The notes under the pieces: model-generated
The model's input: only the letters and a program-made list of their open reading frames with translations
The model's database searches: none
What the model was told of the DNA's origin: nothing
Shown here: positions 1 to 12,614 of the stretch, piece by piece
Numbering within the stretch: the stretch's first letter is position 1
Layout of the letters: each line of letters opens with the position of its first letter
Source: Dictyostelium discoideum
Lineage: Eukaryota
Reading direction: 5' to 3'
DNA: 64,000 bases
Assembly: GCA_000004695.1 (NCBI GenBank)
Contig: CM000153.2
Location: 4,288,001-4,352,000 of the forward strand
Program-made: the position numbers and the translations under genes

Positions 1-427
1 TAATTATTATTATAATTATTACTACTATTATAATTATTACTACTGTTATTATAATTATTGCTATTATTATCATTATTATTATTTGGATTATTATTATAAT
101 TATTACTGCCATTATTATAATTATTACTGTCATTATTATAATTATTACTGCCATTATTATAATTATTGCTATTATTATCATTATTGCTATTATTATCATT
201 ATTGTTATTATTATTGCTATTGTTATTATTATTATTATTATTATTGTTCTTCTTGGTCGTATTAAAAATATCTAAAATAAGTGATAGGGGAGAAACTAAA
301 TCATTTGTGAACTTTTGAATTGAGAAATTCTTTGAGAACTCATATAAAAACTTGGCCATATCAAAATAAAACTCGAATTTGGGATTGGACATTAATAAAA
401 TATCGCTATTATTATTATTATTATTAA

Positions 428-520
<93 letters not shown>

Positions 521-679
521 TATTACTGTTATTATTATTACTACTAATGCTATTTCTATTACTACTATTTCTATTACTGCTATTTCTATTTGTGCTATTT
601 CTATTATTGGTATCATTATTTCCACCATTATTATTTGGATTTGGATTATTATTATTTGGATTATTATTTGGATTTGGAC

Positions 680-743
<64 letters not shown>

Positions 744-780
744 TTGATTATTATCACTTCTACTACTACTATTTCTAAGT
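1..780. repeat. (ATT)n/(AAT)n trinucleotide microsatellite, two blocks (~1-250 and ~400-770) with interspersed ATTACTGCC variants. On the minus strand these encode the poly-Asn tracts of the gene above.
   Basis: Perfect and near-perfect ATT repeats are visible directly. The plus-strand ORFs 83..265, 379..747 and 590..778 and the minus-strand ORF 392..793 are repeat translations in the wrong frame. Confidence 0.9.
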
Positions 781-1147
781 TTACTATCACCATAGTTATT
801 ATTTCTAGACTTTGAATTATTTGATGATATGATTGGGATTGGTTTTTTTGTAATTTCTATGAAAATTGGAGTTTTACCAGTTTTAGCAGCAGCCAAATCA
901 GAACGTGATGATAAATATTTAAAAACTTGATTTCTTAAAATAGTTTGAGAACAATTAAATTTAAAAAAGGTTTCATTTTTATCTTGAAGGAAAGAGTTTA
1001 ATGGATAACATTCTCTATCTGACATTGGTGTTGGATCTAAACAATAATTATATTCAATATAATCTTTACACTCTGATTCATCTTCATTATTATTACTATT
1101 ATTATTATTTTTATTTTTATTTTTATTTTTATTACTATTACTGTATC

Positions 1148-1226
<79 letters not shown>

Positions 1227-4200
1227 TTGATTGTTTTGGTTATTATTGTTATTTTGATTGTTTTGATTATTATTATTTTGATTATTTTGATTATTTTGAT
1301 TATCTTGATTGTTTTGATTATTATTATTTTGATTATTTTGAATATTTTGATTATTTTGATTATTTTGAATATTTTGATTATTTTGATTATTTTGATTATT
1401 TTGATTATTTTGATTATTTTGAATATTATTTTGAATATTTAAATTTTTATAATAATTATTTATGGAATCAGAAAAGAAATGAGTTACTTGAGTAGCAGCA
1501 GATTTCCATAAAAATGTGAAAGCATCTAAATTGAAATTACCATTAATATGATCAACTTTGAAATATTTTAAGAAATTAAAGATAATTTCTTCACTATAGC
1601 TTTGATTAATAAAGATAGAGAATTCTTTTTGTTTTAAAAATGATTGGTCAATATCATCCATCATTACTAAAGAAGTCCAAATTTCATAGAGTTGAAGATG
1701 AGTAACATTTGGTTGATCAACTAAACCAGAATTTAATAAATAAGTGTAATAATCTTGAAAATCTGTTTTCTTCTTTGCAGAGATTGTTGAAAATTCAGAT
1801 TGCTTTGGATAACATGCCATAATTGCCTTATAAAAGTTCATAATTTGATTAAAAGAGTATGGATTCGCTTCTAATAGTTTATCTTTATATAATCTCTCTA
1901 ACAATGGTATTAAAGTACTAATGAACCTATTTGGATTCTCCATATAGTTTAATGTTATTTTTAAAGTTTTTGAAATTTCACAATTATAAGCACTATTAAT
2001 ACCATCCAATTCAAATGGAAGGAAAATCGATTCATTCTCGACTACAAATGATTTTAAAACTTTTTCTGTCACTAAACTTGGATGGGTTTGATGAAATGGT
2101 AATAACTTTTGTGTATATAATTCTACCAATATTTGATTATACATTCTTTTATTTAATGGTGATGACGACGATGATGATGATGACTGATTATTCTTTAAAT
2201 TTAAAACAAGATTTAAATCATCTGGATATAATTTTAAAACTTGATAAATTTCTTCTTCATCAAAATATTCGATTATATCTGAAATTTTATCGAAAAATAT
2301 ATATGGCTGTTGTTTAAATCTTTTTATATTTGATATTTCAATTTCCTTTTTAGATGCATCACTTAATTTACATTCAATAATTAATTGTTGAATATCTTTT
2401 GGTATTTGTATTGAAAATTCACTTGATAATTCTAATAAATCTTTAATTAATCTTAAAATTTCAAATTCTTTATTTGGACTATTATTTGGATTATTTGGAT
2501 TATTATTATTTAGTTCAAATGATGGTAATAATAATTTTAATTTTTCTTTTTCGATGAAATGAATTATACCATTTTTTAAAGATGATCCATCATCGTCATT
2601 ATTACAAAATTTATATAAAATTTCTTCAGTTTCATTTGATTTAAATATAACGAAACAATTTGTTTTATAAAATCTATTTTGTTGATAAGAATCTGTATCA
2701 TCACTTTCAATATCACTTAAACAATTGTTTCTTTCCTCTTCTTGATGTTGTTGTTGTTTTTTTTGTTCAATTTTATAAGCTCTAATTCTATTTAATGAAT
2801 TAATTGGTAATATTTCTTTAAATAATTTAATATTCATTTTTAAACCACCACCACCATCACCACTACCACTACTATTATTTTCATAATGATCATTAGAAAT
2901 TAATTTATCATTTGATATATCAATGAAATTATTTAAATAATGTTTTTCATAATTAATTGAACCTTGAATTTCTTGAAAATGTTTTCTTTTTTTTATACCT
3001 TGAAGTTGTTGTTGTTTTAATAATTTTCTTTGTTGTTGTTTTTCTTGTCTTTTCAATTGTTTTTTCAATTGTTTTTGTTGTAATCTTTCAAGTTTTTGTT
3101 GTTGTTCCAATTGTAATTGTTTTTGATATTGTTGATGTTGTTGCCTTGATTTTAAATTTAAATTTTTCTTTTCTTCATTATATTTCTTTATTACTTTTGT
3201 TCTCTTTTCAATTCTACGTCTTGCTCTATATCTTTTAGTTTCTTCATCTTCACTCGACGCTTCTGGTTTTATTAAATCACTATTATAAAAATTATTTAAT
3301 TCACCACCATCATCATCATCACCATAATCTTCATCATCATCACTTGTACAATAATTTTGTTGTTCTTGTTTAATTTTATTTTTATTCTTATTCTTATTAT
3401 TATTATTATTACCTTGATTTTCTTCACCTATATCACCATTACCAAATTGATTTTCTTCAATGTCATCGTCATCATCATCATCGTCATCAATATCAGAACT
3501 ACTATCACTACTTATACTACTTAAACTACTTTCATCACCTGATGATTCTACTAATATTCCTTCTACTTTTTCTTGATAATTTAATTCTGCTAAATATATA
3601 TAAAATTCCATTGAATCTTCCAATGAAATTGATTTCAATTTCTCATAAATTAATTTATCTCTACCTTTTAAATCTTTTGTTGATTTAATTGATTCCTGAC
3701 TATCTAAAATATAAACTAATTTTAAATTTTTTTCATTTTCTTCTTCTTCTTCTTCCTCGTCTTCAACTTCTTCTTGTTGTTGTTGTTGTTGATTTGATAA
3801 TAAATTATTTAATTCTTTTTTAATTTCAAATATATTTTCATTTTCTTTAAAAACTTTAAAAAATAATAAAACTCCATATTCATTATCATTATTTTCTTGA
3901 TAATCGTCAATAACTATAACTTCATTCTCCATTTTCATCTTTTCTTCAACTTGTTCTTTCTCCTCTTCTTTTTCTTCTTTTTCTTCTTTTATTTTACAAT
4001 TATCATTATTTAAACCATTGAAAACTATTTTAATTTTCTGATTTGAATCTAAAGGTAAAAGTATAAATAAATCACCAATTTCAATCTCTTTTTTAAATTT
4101 ATTATTGTCTACTATATCATCATATTGTTGCTGATGTTGTTCTTGTTCTTGTTCTTGTTCTTGTTCTTGTTGTTGTTCTTGTTGTTTTTGTTGTTTTTGT

Positions 4201-4809
4201 TGCTGCTTTAATTTTGAAAATAAAATCTCTGCTGAAGATTTGTATAAAAATAATTTTTGAGACCTTATATCTATTAAATGTTGATATTTCTCTATCCCAA
4301 ATTCTTTAGTGATGCTATTTATGGTTAAATCTTTGATTAAATTCTCCTTAAAATCAACTTTAAAATCTTTTGATATTTCGTAAATGGGAAAATTGGGTTC
4401 TAAAAATCGGAATTTTTTACGAAAAATTGAAAAAAAATGAAAAAGTTAGATAAAATTCGCCATCGATTTCAAAAAAAAAAAAAAAACCAATTGTTTTTTG
4501 ATTTTTGAATTTTTTTTTTTTTTTTTTTTTTTTTTAATCCTTACCTTTGAAATGAGTAATATTTTGAATATCTGATTCTATAAATTTTAAAAGTTTTTCT
4601 TGAGTTTCGAATTCAAGATTTATTGATTTACAACTTGTTGTTAGTGTTGTAATTGATATTAATGAGGAACCTTTTTCATAATTGAGTTCACTTGTGAATG
4701 TGTGGTTTTTATTTATAAACTTTTGAAAATCTTCATCAATTTCTTTGAAATTTGAAAATTGTAATAGTTTTGTAATCTCTTTATATTCACCATCTTTTGA
4801 GTCAACCAT
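1..4809 (-). CDS. Large low-complexity (poly-Asn, poly-Gln, acidic) protein of unknown function. The 3' end runs off the window start. Model: exon 1 at 4545..4809 (start MVDSKDGEYKEITKLL), intron 4400..4544, exon 2 at 1..4399 (partial).
   Basis: The listed ORF 4534..4809 ends at a GTAAGG donor (AAAG|GTAAGGATT on the minus strand). An acceptor TTTTTAG at 4400/4401 restores an open frame (…PNFPIYEISKDFKVDF…QQQKQQKQQEQQQEQEQ…). Hand translation keeps that frame open through non-repetitive blocks (…FHQTHPSLVTEKVLKSFVVENESIFLPFELDG…, …DPTPMSDRECYPLNSFLQDKNETFF…) and through the (AAT)n tracts down to nt 1. No stop-terminated minus-strand ORF is listed there, which fits a gene running off the window. 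No confident homolog recognised. Confidence 0.55.
1080..1445. repeat. (ATT)n followed by (ATTTTG/ATTATTTTG)n compound microsatellite. It lies in coding sequence and gives Asn/Gln-rich sequence (NNQNNQNIQ…) on the minus strand.
   Basis: Direct repeats gattattttgattattttg… are visible at 1240-1440. Confidence 0.85.
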
Positions 4810-4995
4810 TGTATTTGTATTTATTTTTTATTTTTTTTTATTTTGTTTTTTTTTATTTTTTTCGTTGGAATAAAGAATTTAAAATTAAATGTGTTATATG
4901 TGTTATATATGTATATATATATGTCTAATTTAAATTAAAATCATATCAACTTTTTTTTTAAGTTTAAAGTTAGTAGTTGGTAAGGTGTTGGAATA

Positions 4996-5051
<56 letters not shown>

Positions 5052-5464
5052 AAAAAAAAAATTTGAAATTGTTTGAAAAAAAAAAAAAAAAAAAAAAAAA
5101 TAAAAAAAAAAAAAATATCTTCGTTTTTTACAAAAAAAAATATTTTCGTTCGTAGAGAGGTTATTTTTAGTTTTTTTTTTTTTTTTTTATTTTTTTTTTT
5201 TTTTAAATCAAAATTTTTGTGCGATTAAACAAAATTTTATTTGTTTTTTTATTTTCCAAGATTAATAGTAATAACCAAAGTAGTATTAATATCAACATAT
5301 ATAATTAATTAAAAAAAAAAAAAAAAAAAAAAATCAACATTTACGATCCGATACTTTAATTATAAAATTTTTTTTTTTTTTTTGGGCTTTTTCTTTAAAA
5401 AAAAAAATAAAAAAAAATAAAAAAAAATAAAAAAAAAAGTTGTGCGGATTTAAAATTTTTTTTT

Positions 5465-6775
5465 TTAATTTTTAGTAATATTATATAAAACTTCTTTATT
5501 AGTGATTCCATTTTGGTTAACTTGAATAATTTTAGTTTTAAATGATGAAATTTTTAAATTATCATTTGAAGTTATAATTTCATTAATTTCATTAATATCA
5601 TTTTTAAAATAATTTAATGGATAAGAATTTGTATTTAATAATCTAACACTATAATGAATAATTGTATCATTATTTAAAAGAATAAATTTTAAAAGATTTA
5701 ATGAATTGAAATTTACAATTTTTAAAGTTTTAATTGATTTATTATTTGAAATTAAACAAGCAATAATTGGAATTGATGAATCTGATATTAAATTTTCATT
5801 ATAATTCTCTGTTGAACATTTATTATTAATTCTTAATGAATTTAAATTTTTATGATATCGAAATTGATCTTTTAATAATTCCCAATAAAATAAAAATGAT
5901 TCATCCTCATTATCATTATATATTATACTATTACAATCACATTCTAATGATGGATAGAATTGCTGTTGTGGTTGTTTATTTAAATAAAAATCAAGTTTAT
6001 TTAAACATAAATCAATATTTAAAAATTTTAAATTTGGTGATGATGATAAGATATAATAGAGTTCTTCGATTGTTATATCCTCATTTGTGGATTTAAATGT
6101 TTTAAGTGATTGAGTTTTATTTAAATTAAATTCATTATCATAAAATAATTGTTTATATGGGAATCTATTAAATAGACTAACGATTTCAATATGTTTTGGA
6201 ATAGATTTAAATGGTTTTAAATTTTTTAAAACATTTATTATATTTGAACAATTATCAACTCTTAAAAAGAAAATTGATTTTATATTAGTGATATCAAACA
6301 TTTTCAAATATTCATCATTTAAATCATTTAAATTTAAAAATTGAATTTTAATATTACTGAATTTTAATTTACTAATTATTGATAGAAATAGTGGTGAAGA
6401 TAATGAATTTATAATTTTAATTTTTTTTAAATTTTCCATTGATTTCTCCTCAATTAATTTATTTAATTTTAATAATTCCAATAATTGATTATCAAGTATT
6501 CTAATTGATTCTATATTATTTTTTTTAAAAATTGACCATTCTTTTGAAATATTAAATAAACAATTAACATCACCAATGGTTTTAATATTATTTGAAACAA
6601 TTAAAAACCAATCTTTTGATACAAATGAAATATTAAAAATTAATTTTTTAATAATTTCATTGGTTTTTTCAAATTCTTGAATACTACATAATAATTTTTT
6701 TTTATTTTTTTTATTTATAAAATTACAAATTAATTTAATTATTAATTTTTGTAAATAATTTGATAATATAATCAT
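5465..6775 (-). CDS. Hypothetical Leu/Asn/Lys-rich protein, 436 aa, single exon. It has repeated L-x-x-L-x-L-N motifs (LRR/FNIP-like) and may be an F-box/LRR-type protein.
   Basis: Complete ORF with an ATG start, flanked on both sides by poly(A/T) intergenic sequence. The periodic leucine pattern (…LKFLNIDLCLNKLDFYL…, …IKTLKIVNFNSLNLLKFILLNND…) is visible. No specific homolog recognised. Confidence 0.5.
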   Translation of the reverse strand: MIILSNYLQKLIIKLICNFINKKNKKKLLCSIQEFEKTNEIIKKLIFNISFVSKDWFLIVSNNIKTIGDVNCLFNISKEWSIFKKNNIESIRILDNQLLELLKLNKLIEEKSMENLKKIKIINSLSSPLFLSIISKLKFSNIKIQFLNLNDLNDEYLKMFDITNIKSIFFLRVDNCSNIINVLKNLKPFKSIPKHIEIVSLFNRFPYKQLFYDNEFNLNKTQSLKTFKSTNEDITIEELYYILSSSPNLKFLNIDLCLNKLDFYLNKQPQQQFYPSLECDCNSIIYNDNEDESFLFYWELLKDQFRYHKNLNSLRINNKCSTENYNENLISDSSIPIIACLISNNKSIKTLKIVNFNSLNLLKFILLNNDTIIHYSVRLLNTNSYPLNYFKNDINEINEIITSNDNLKISSFKTKIIQVNQNGITNKEVLYNITKN

Positions 6776-6805
6776 TTATTTTAAAATTTTTTTTTTTAAA
6801 TAAAT

Positions 6806-6844
<39 letters not shown>

Positions 6845-6973
6845 ATTGTCAATTTAAAAAAAAAAAGAAAAAAATTTAAATTAAAATAAAATTTTTGACC
6901 AAGACCCGCAACCAAAAAAAAAAAATAAAAAATAAAAAATTGTTTGTTTGTTAATTTATTTTATTTAAATAGT

Positions 6974-8644
6974 TTAAAAAATTACAATCAATGTTAATGA
7001 TATCAACAATAGAAGTAAACCATTTATATTTAAAAATGATGATCCACCAATAAATTCTTTTTCATCAGAACCTTCGAAATCATTGTTACCTGTTAAAGTA
7101 CCAATTGAAGAGGATGGGTTTGGTTTTTTGGTGGAACCCATTGTGGTTAAGGAAAAAGAGGTTGTAGAGGTAAAAGTTGATGAAGTTGATGATTGAGTCG
7201 CAGAAGTAGTAGTAGTAGAAGTAGTTGCAGTTGTGGTTATTTCTAAATCATAAGAAATAAATGGTATTGATGGATCAGAAATATATGAAGCAACAACACC
7301 GACTAAACCAATATTATAATCTAATGCTACTTCATTTGATTCATAATTTGATCTTGTATCTATCCATGATTCATTTAATGGTGGACCACCAATCAAAGCA
7401 CCTGGTAGTTGATAAACATTATTTATTGGTTGATTAATATCTTTGGTTGTAGAATGATGAGCAGCACGATGATGTGGATTTCTTGGTGCTTTTGGTCCAT
7501 ATCCAGAAATGAATGATTGTTGTTTTGGATTCTCTCCAAGAACATATAACAATTGATTCTTTGCAAATGTTGAATATTTTGTTAATTCACTACCACCTGT
7601 TTTTGTATAAATTGATTGAATTAAAGCCATATTCATTGAATATCTTGCTGATGCCCATTGTCTTAACCAAGCTAAACCACCATTTGTATATTTAATACCA
7701 CCATTTGGTAACCAATAGTTGAGAGAATTTTCAATTTTAGTTTTATAATCTTGTTCTTTGCTTAATTGATATAATAGTATACCAACACCTAATCCTTTAT
7801 TATCCCAACTGAATTCATTTGCATAACAAACTTCATTGTTATTTAAATAGTATGATTTTGAATTTGTTAAATAATTTTGAGAGTTTGTTGCTTTGTAAAG
7901 CCAAATTGAACCCCATGCAATTTCATCATTATAACCACCTGATTGGTAAAATTCAATAGCATTTCTAATTGTATCAGTATACTTTTTCATTGGTGAATTC
8001 ATAGCAAAATCATAAAGTTTCTTTGAATGTTCTAAACATAGTTGAGAGTATGCTGGATTACTAGTTTTAAATACAATTGATGCGGATGATAATGCTGCAG
8101 ATGCCTCCATTGCAAGATCAGTACCTGGGTTATTGGAATCGATAGTATAGATATCACGAACATAGTCTATATTTTCTGGTGGTTGCCATACGTTATGATC
8201 AACATATGCATTACCAACTTGACCAATAAATACATTATCAGATGTATGTGATGCAATTAAGAAATCTGTACCCCATTTTAAAACTTCTTTATAAAGTGGA
8301 GACAAACCACATTTTTCAATATTTCCAGAATATTCAATATAAATCCAACTTAACATTGTCATTGAATAAGCCATTGGAAAGTTAAATTTAACACCATCAC
8401 CAGCATCGAAATAACCTTTTGATAAATCACCATCACCATTTGAATCAACTGATGAACCTGCACTCTTGTCATTTAATACTGAATTACCTCTCCATGGAAT
8501 ATCATTATCTGATAATCTACCTGCTCTTTGAGCTTTATAAAATAATAATGATTGTTTTAATAAATAACAACCATTATCACAATTAATACAATTTAAATTT
8601 ATTATTAATAATACAAATAAACCTATTAAATTAATTAATAATTT

Positions 8645-8647
<3 letters not shown>
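6974..8647 (-). CDS. Secreted glycoside hydrolase family 9 endo-beta-1,4-glucanase (cellulase). It has an N-terminal signal peptide, a Thr/Ser-rich C-terminal linker and a hydrophobic tail.
   Basis: The 557-aa ORF carries GH9 catalytic-domain signatures: …YDYNEVLQKSLLFYEAQRSG-type N-terminus (here DGCYLLKQSLLFYKAQRAGRL), DLSKGYFDAGDGVKFNFPMA, NAYVDHNVWQPPE, GGYNDEIAWGSIWLYKAT, RNPHHRAAH, ALIGGP and EVALDYN. The signal peptide is MKLLINLIGLFVLLIINLNCINC. The C-terminus is TTTATTSTTTTSATQSSTSST… followed by LLLLISLTLIVIF. D. discoideum is known to encode GH9 cellulases (for example the spore-germination cellulase); I cannot say which paralog this is. Confidence 0.85.
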
Positions 8648-8709
<62 letters not shown>

Positions 8710-9453
8710 CAAATATTAATGATACAAATAAATAGTGTTACAGATATATAAATAATATTACAGGTTTTTTTAAATTTAAAAATACAAATGAATGTTTATT
8801 ATTTTACAAAATTGATTTAATGATTAATTAGAAATAAATTTCAATTTATTTATACTTTTTTTTTTTTAAATCAATCAATTATATTTTTTTTTTTTTTTTT
8901 TTTTTGAATTTACAACAAAATTATTTGAAATCATTTTATTTGAGTTTTATAACAATATCGATATATATCTTTGAATTATACAACTAACTACAAAATTACC
9001 GATATAATTAATCTATTTTTAAATTAAGATATTTTTCTTTTTTTTTTAAAAGGTAACCTCTGTGTCAAAAAGAAAGAAAAAAAAAAAAGATATATGTGTT
9101 GCGAGTAAAAATTACTGAACTAAAAAGTTAAAAATAGAATCAACAACTATTAATTAAATAATTGTGGCAAAACAAAAAGAGTATATTATTTGAAAGTTCT
9201 ATTTTTATTTTAATTAAAAAAAAAATTAAATTAATATTATTAAATAGAGGTTAAAATTTCAACACATTTTAAATAGAATTTATTTTTTTAACTGATTTAC
9301 AATTTTTTTTTTTTTATTTTTTTTTAATTTTTTTTTTTTATTTTTTTTTTTTACCCTTCCACACACTTTAACACCAATTGAACTCTAAAATTAAATTATA
9401 ATATTAACATATAAACATATTAATATTTTTAAAAAAAAATTTAAAAATAAAAA

Positions 9454-10377
9454 ATGAATGATATATTGAAACCTAAAATTATAATAAAAAAATTAAAAGA
9501 TTGTGATAAAAATGAATTTACAAAATTATGGAATGAAAGTCATTCTGATCATTTTCATAATTGGCAAAAAACAAGAGAAGAAATTGAAAAAAGGAATAAA
9601 TTATATAAATTATCAGAAGAAAATTCTAAAGTTGCTTTTATTGATGATAAACAAGTTGGATTTATATTAACTGCAACTGGAGAAGTTGATGGTAAATTAG
9701 TTGGATGGAACGGAGCAACTGCAGTATTAAAACAATATAGAAGATTTGGAATTGCAACACTACTTTATAATGAAATTTTAAATGATTATAAACAACAAGG
9801 TATTGAACAAGCACTATTAGATGTAATTACAATTAATGAAGGTGCAAAAAAATTATATACTAAACTTGGTTTTCAAATTAAATCACATCATATAGTTTTA
9901 TATAGTACTTTAAATGAATATCAAAATAAAAATCATAAAAATTTAATTAATGTTAATAATAATAATAATAATGAAATTAATTTCAATATGGTTTTAGATG
10001 GTTTTAAACAATATCATAAATTAAATCAACCATTAAATACACAATACCAAAATTTAATTGAAATTCATGAAAATTTAATAAATATTGAAAAGAATGGAGA
10101 AATAATTGGATTTATGGTTTATTCTTTAACATTTGACAAGTGTGTAATATTATTCCACCAATTATTTTTACAAGATAAATGTAATATTAATAATGAAATT
10201 ATCACGGAAATATTTAATTACTTTTATGAAAAATATTGTATTCCAACAAATACTGAAAAGAAAATTTATTTAACAATGTGGGATTTAAATTTAAATGAAA
10301 CTAAATTCATGTTACAATTTAATGATAATGAATTTAAAAAAGATTTTGAATATTATTCAATGAAATTAGATATTTAA
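9454..10377 (+). CDS. GNAT-family N-acetyltransferase (GCN5-related), 307 aa. The N-terminal half is the acetyltransferase domain.
   Basis: The GNAT motif A/B region is GFILTATGEVDGKLVGWNGATAVLKQYRRFGIATLLYNEILNDYKQQGIEQALLDVITINEGAKKLYTKLGF (Q/RxxGxG/A acetyl-CoA-binding pattern). Single ORF with an ATG start. Confidence 0.7.
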   Translation: MNDILKPKIIIKKLKDCDKNEFTKLWNESHSDHFHNWQKTREEIEKRNKLYKLSEENSKVAFIDDKQVGFILTATGEVDGKLVGWNGATAVLKQYRRFGIATLLYNEILNDYKQQGIEQALLDVITINEGAKKLYTKLGFQIKSHHIVLYSTLNEYQNKNHKNLINVNNNNNNEINFNMVLDGFKQYHKLNQPLNTQYQNLIEIHENLINIEKNGEIIGFMVYSLTFDKCVILFHQLFLQDKCNINNEIITEIFNYFYEKYCIPTNTEKKIYLTMWDLNLNETKFMLQFNDNEFKKDFEYYSMKLDI

Positions 10378-10471
10378 AAAAAAAAAAAATAATAAAATTT
10401 ATAAATTTTTATTTTTATTATTTCATTTTTATTTTATTTGATTTTTTTTTATTTTGATTTTTTTTTTTTTT

Positions 10472-10702
10472 TTAAACAATTGTTTTTTTTGATTTTTCAA
10501 CTTCACTGATAATTCCAGAGATTTTACCATTCATTGTTGACATTGGAATATTTGTACCGAATTTCTTATCTAATTTACCCTTTATCTCTACTAAATCAAA
10601 AGTAGCTCCTTGATCACCAAGAGTTGAATTTGGGTCAATCATTTCAGCTGGTTTATAAATTTGAGAAGAAATTAAATCTAATACTGTTGATTTGACATTC
10701 AT
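10472..10702 (-). CDS. Small 76-aa ORF (MNVKSTVLDLISSQIYKPAEMIDPNSTLGDQGATFDLVEIKGKL…). Possible small protein gene or terminal exon.
   Basis: Composition is not low-complexity and it sits in a 550-bp gap between two genes. No homolog recognised. The start codon cannot be verified from the track, which may use an alternative start. Confidence 0.3.
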   Translation of the reverse strand: MNVKSTVLDLISSQIYKPAEMIDPNSTLGDQGATFDLVEIKGKLDKKFGTNIPMSTMNGKISGIISEVEKSKKTIV

Positions 10703-10897
10703 TTTATTTTTTTCTTAATTTATTTATTTGTTTTGTTTTATAATAAAATATATTTATTTAAATTTGAAAAAAAAAAAAAAATTAAATAGGATAGAAAAAT
10801 AATAAAAAAAAAGTGTTTAAAAAAAAAAAAAGAGAAATTGGTGAAAATTAAAAAGTTTTGATATAGAAATAAAATGTGGTAATTTAATTTTTATTTA

Positions 10898-10929
<32 letters not shown>

Positions 10930-10930
10930 A

Positions 10931-12223
10931 TTAAATAAATTTTCCCCTTTTTAAATCTGGTGGTTTAATTGATATATCATTATTTTCTAAAGTTGATTTT
11001 TTAAAAATTATTAATGAGGGTATTTCATAAATTGAAATTTGACTATTTAAATCTTGATTTGTAATTAATTGATATGGTTTAAAATTTTTAAAATCAATTG
11101 AAGATAAAACTTCAGATAAATCTTTTGATATATGAATATTTGGTATATCAACTAAATTATTATTAATATCTCTAAAACAGTGAATGAAATTCTCTGATAT
11201 AACAGATTCATTTGGTGTGAATTTCTTTTTTTCATCCATTGAAAATAAACCAATTGATTTTTCAATTAAATGAAAATAACCAAAACAAAATGTTAAATCA
11301 TTTGATTCATCCATTGATATTTTATTTACCTTTTCAACAATTTTCAAATCATTTCCTGATAATTCTTCAACAATCGATTCGATATTATAATTACCATTTT
11401 CAAATAAGTATACGATATTCGTTAATTTACCATCACTTAGACAGAAATTAATAGAGTCTGTAATTTCTTTTAATTTCTCATTTGCATCTGACTTGATTTG
11501 AGTTAGAACTTGGGCTGATAATGACCTTTTACTAGACTTGATTAAATCGTATTCCAAGTACACTCTTATCCCAGATTGTAATGGCTCAGTGGTGTATATG
11601 CAATCGGAATAAAACGAAACCATATTAATTAACGATCCAAAGTTATTTGATAACTGGATTTTACAATGATCCTTATCATTCTTTGAATTGGTGATAATTA
11701 TATCCCCTCCATATGATTTTGATGGTAAAGAAATTAACAACTTTCCAAAAATATTATTTTTATTATTTTTAACAATTGTTGTTGTGGTATTAATATCTTG
11801 GTATGGTAAATAACCATTGGGTTTAATGATTATTAATTTTTTAAATTGTAAATTAACCAATTCATCTTGATAAATTCCCATACCAATTTTAATTTTCTCG
11901 ATTATTTTCTCCTCTGTTTCTTTCCATAAATTACCATCACCAATTTCAATTTTTTTACTTTCAATTTCCCAAACATTTCTATTACTATTAGTAGTAATAT
12001 TATCATTTGAAATTAAACTATTAATTTGTGATTCAACACATGGAATTGATAAATAATTTATACCATTTGGTAATATATCATCAATTCTAATACTAATTGG
12101 TGCTTCAATAATACCTTGTGTATAAAAATTACTTTTTGGTAATTCTTTAATCTCTTTAACTTCTTCACTTTGTAATAAACCTTTTAATTGACAAAATTTA
12201 AAATTATTTCCAATTTTTACCAT
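10931..12223 (-). CDS. Hypothetical protein, 430 aa, single exon.
   Basis: Complete ORF with complex (non-repetitive) composition and AT-rich flanks. No confident family assignment. A weak resemblance to 2OG-Fe(II) oxygenase-like sequence (…GKLLISLPSKSYGGDIIITNSKNDKDHCKIQL…) is speculative. Confidence 0.55.
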   Translation of the reverse strand: MVKIGNNFKFCQLKGLLQSEEVKEIKELPKSNFYTQGIIEAPISIRIDDILPNGINYLSIPCVESQINSLISNDNITTNSNRNVWEIESKKIEIGDGNLWKETEEKIIEKIKIGMGIYQDELVNLQFKKLIIIKPNGYLPYQDINTTTTIVKNNKNNIFGKLLISLPSKSYGGDIIITNSKNDKDHCKIQLSNNFGSLINMVSFYSDCIYTTEPLQSGIRVYLEYDLIKSSKRSLSAQVLTQIKSDANEKLKEITDSINFCLSDGKLTNIVYLFENGNYNIESIVEELSGNDLKIVEKVNKISMDESNDLTFCFGYFHLIEKSIGLFSMDEKKKFTPNESVISENFIHCFRDINNNLVDIPNIHISKDLSEVLSSIDFKNFKPYQLITNQDLNSQISIYEIPSLIIFKKSTLENNDISIKPPDLKRGKFI

Positions 12224-12319
12224 TTTTTTTTTTTTTTTTTTTTTTCTTTTAATATTTTTATTATCTTTATTATTATTATTTAAATAATTTTTAATAATAA
12301 TTATTCATTTATTTATTTA

Positions 12320-12356
<37 letters not shown>

Positions 12357-12477
12357 AAAAAAAAAAAAAAACTATTTTTACCACACTGTGGTTATTATGA
12401 GAAATAATTTATTTTTAGAATAATTTTAGAAAAAAAAAAAAATATATATAATTTATTATTTATTATATACAATTATC

Positions 12478-12517
<40 letters not shown>

Positions 12518-12562
12518 AGGTTTTAAAAAAAAGGGAAGATTTAAAAAAAAAGGGAAAAATAT

Positions 12563-12614
<52 letters not shown>

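Noticed and set aside
83-793. ORF-track entries 83..265(+), 379..747(+), 590..778(+), 392..793(-)
   Set aside because: These are translations of the (ATT)n microsatellite in wrong frames. 83..265 starts on TTG. The biologically sensible reading is minus-strand poly-Asn within the large gene.
1001-1495. ORFs 1001..1495(+) and 1227..1442(+) (poly-Y, poly-I/L)
   Set aside because: These are repeat-derived homopolymer translations on the strand opposite a coding poly-N/Q tract.
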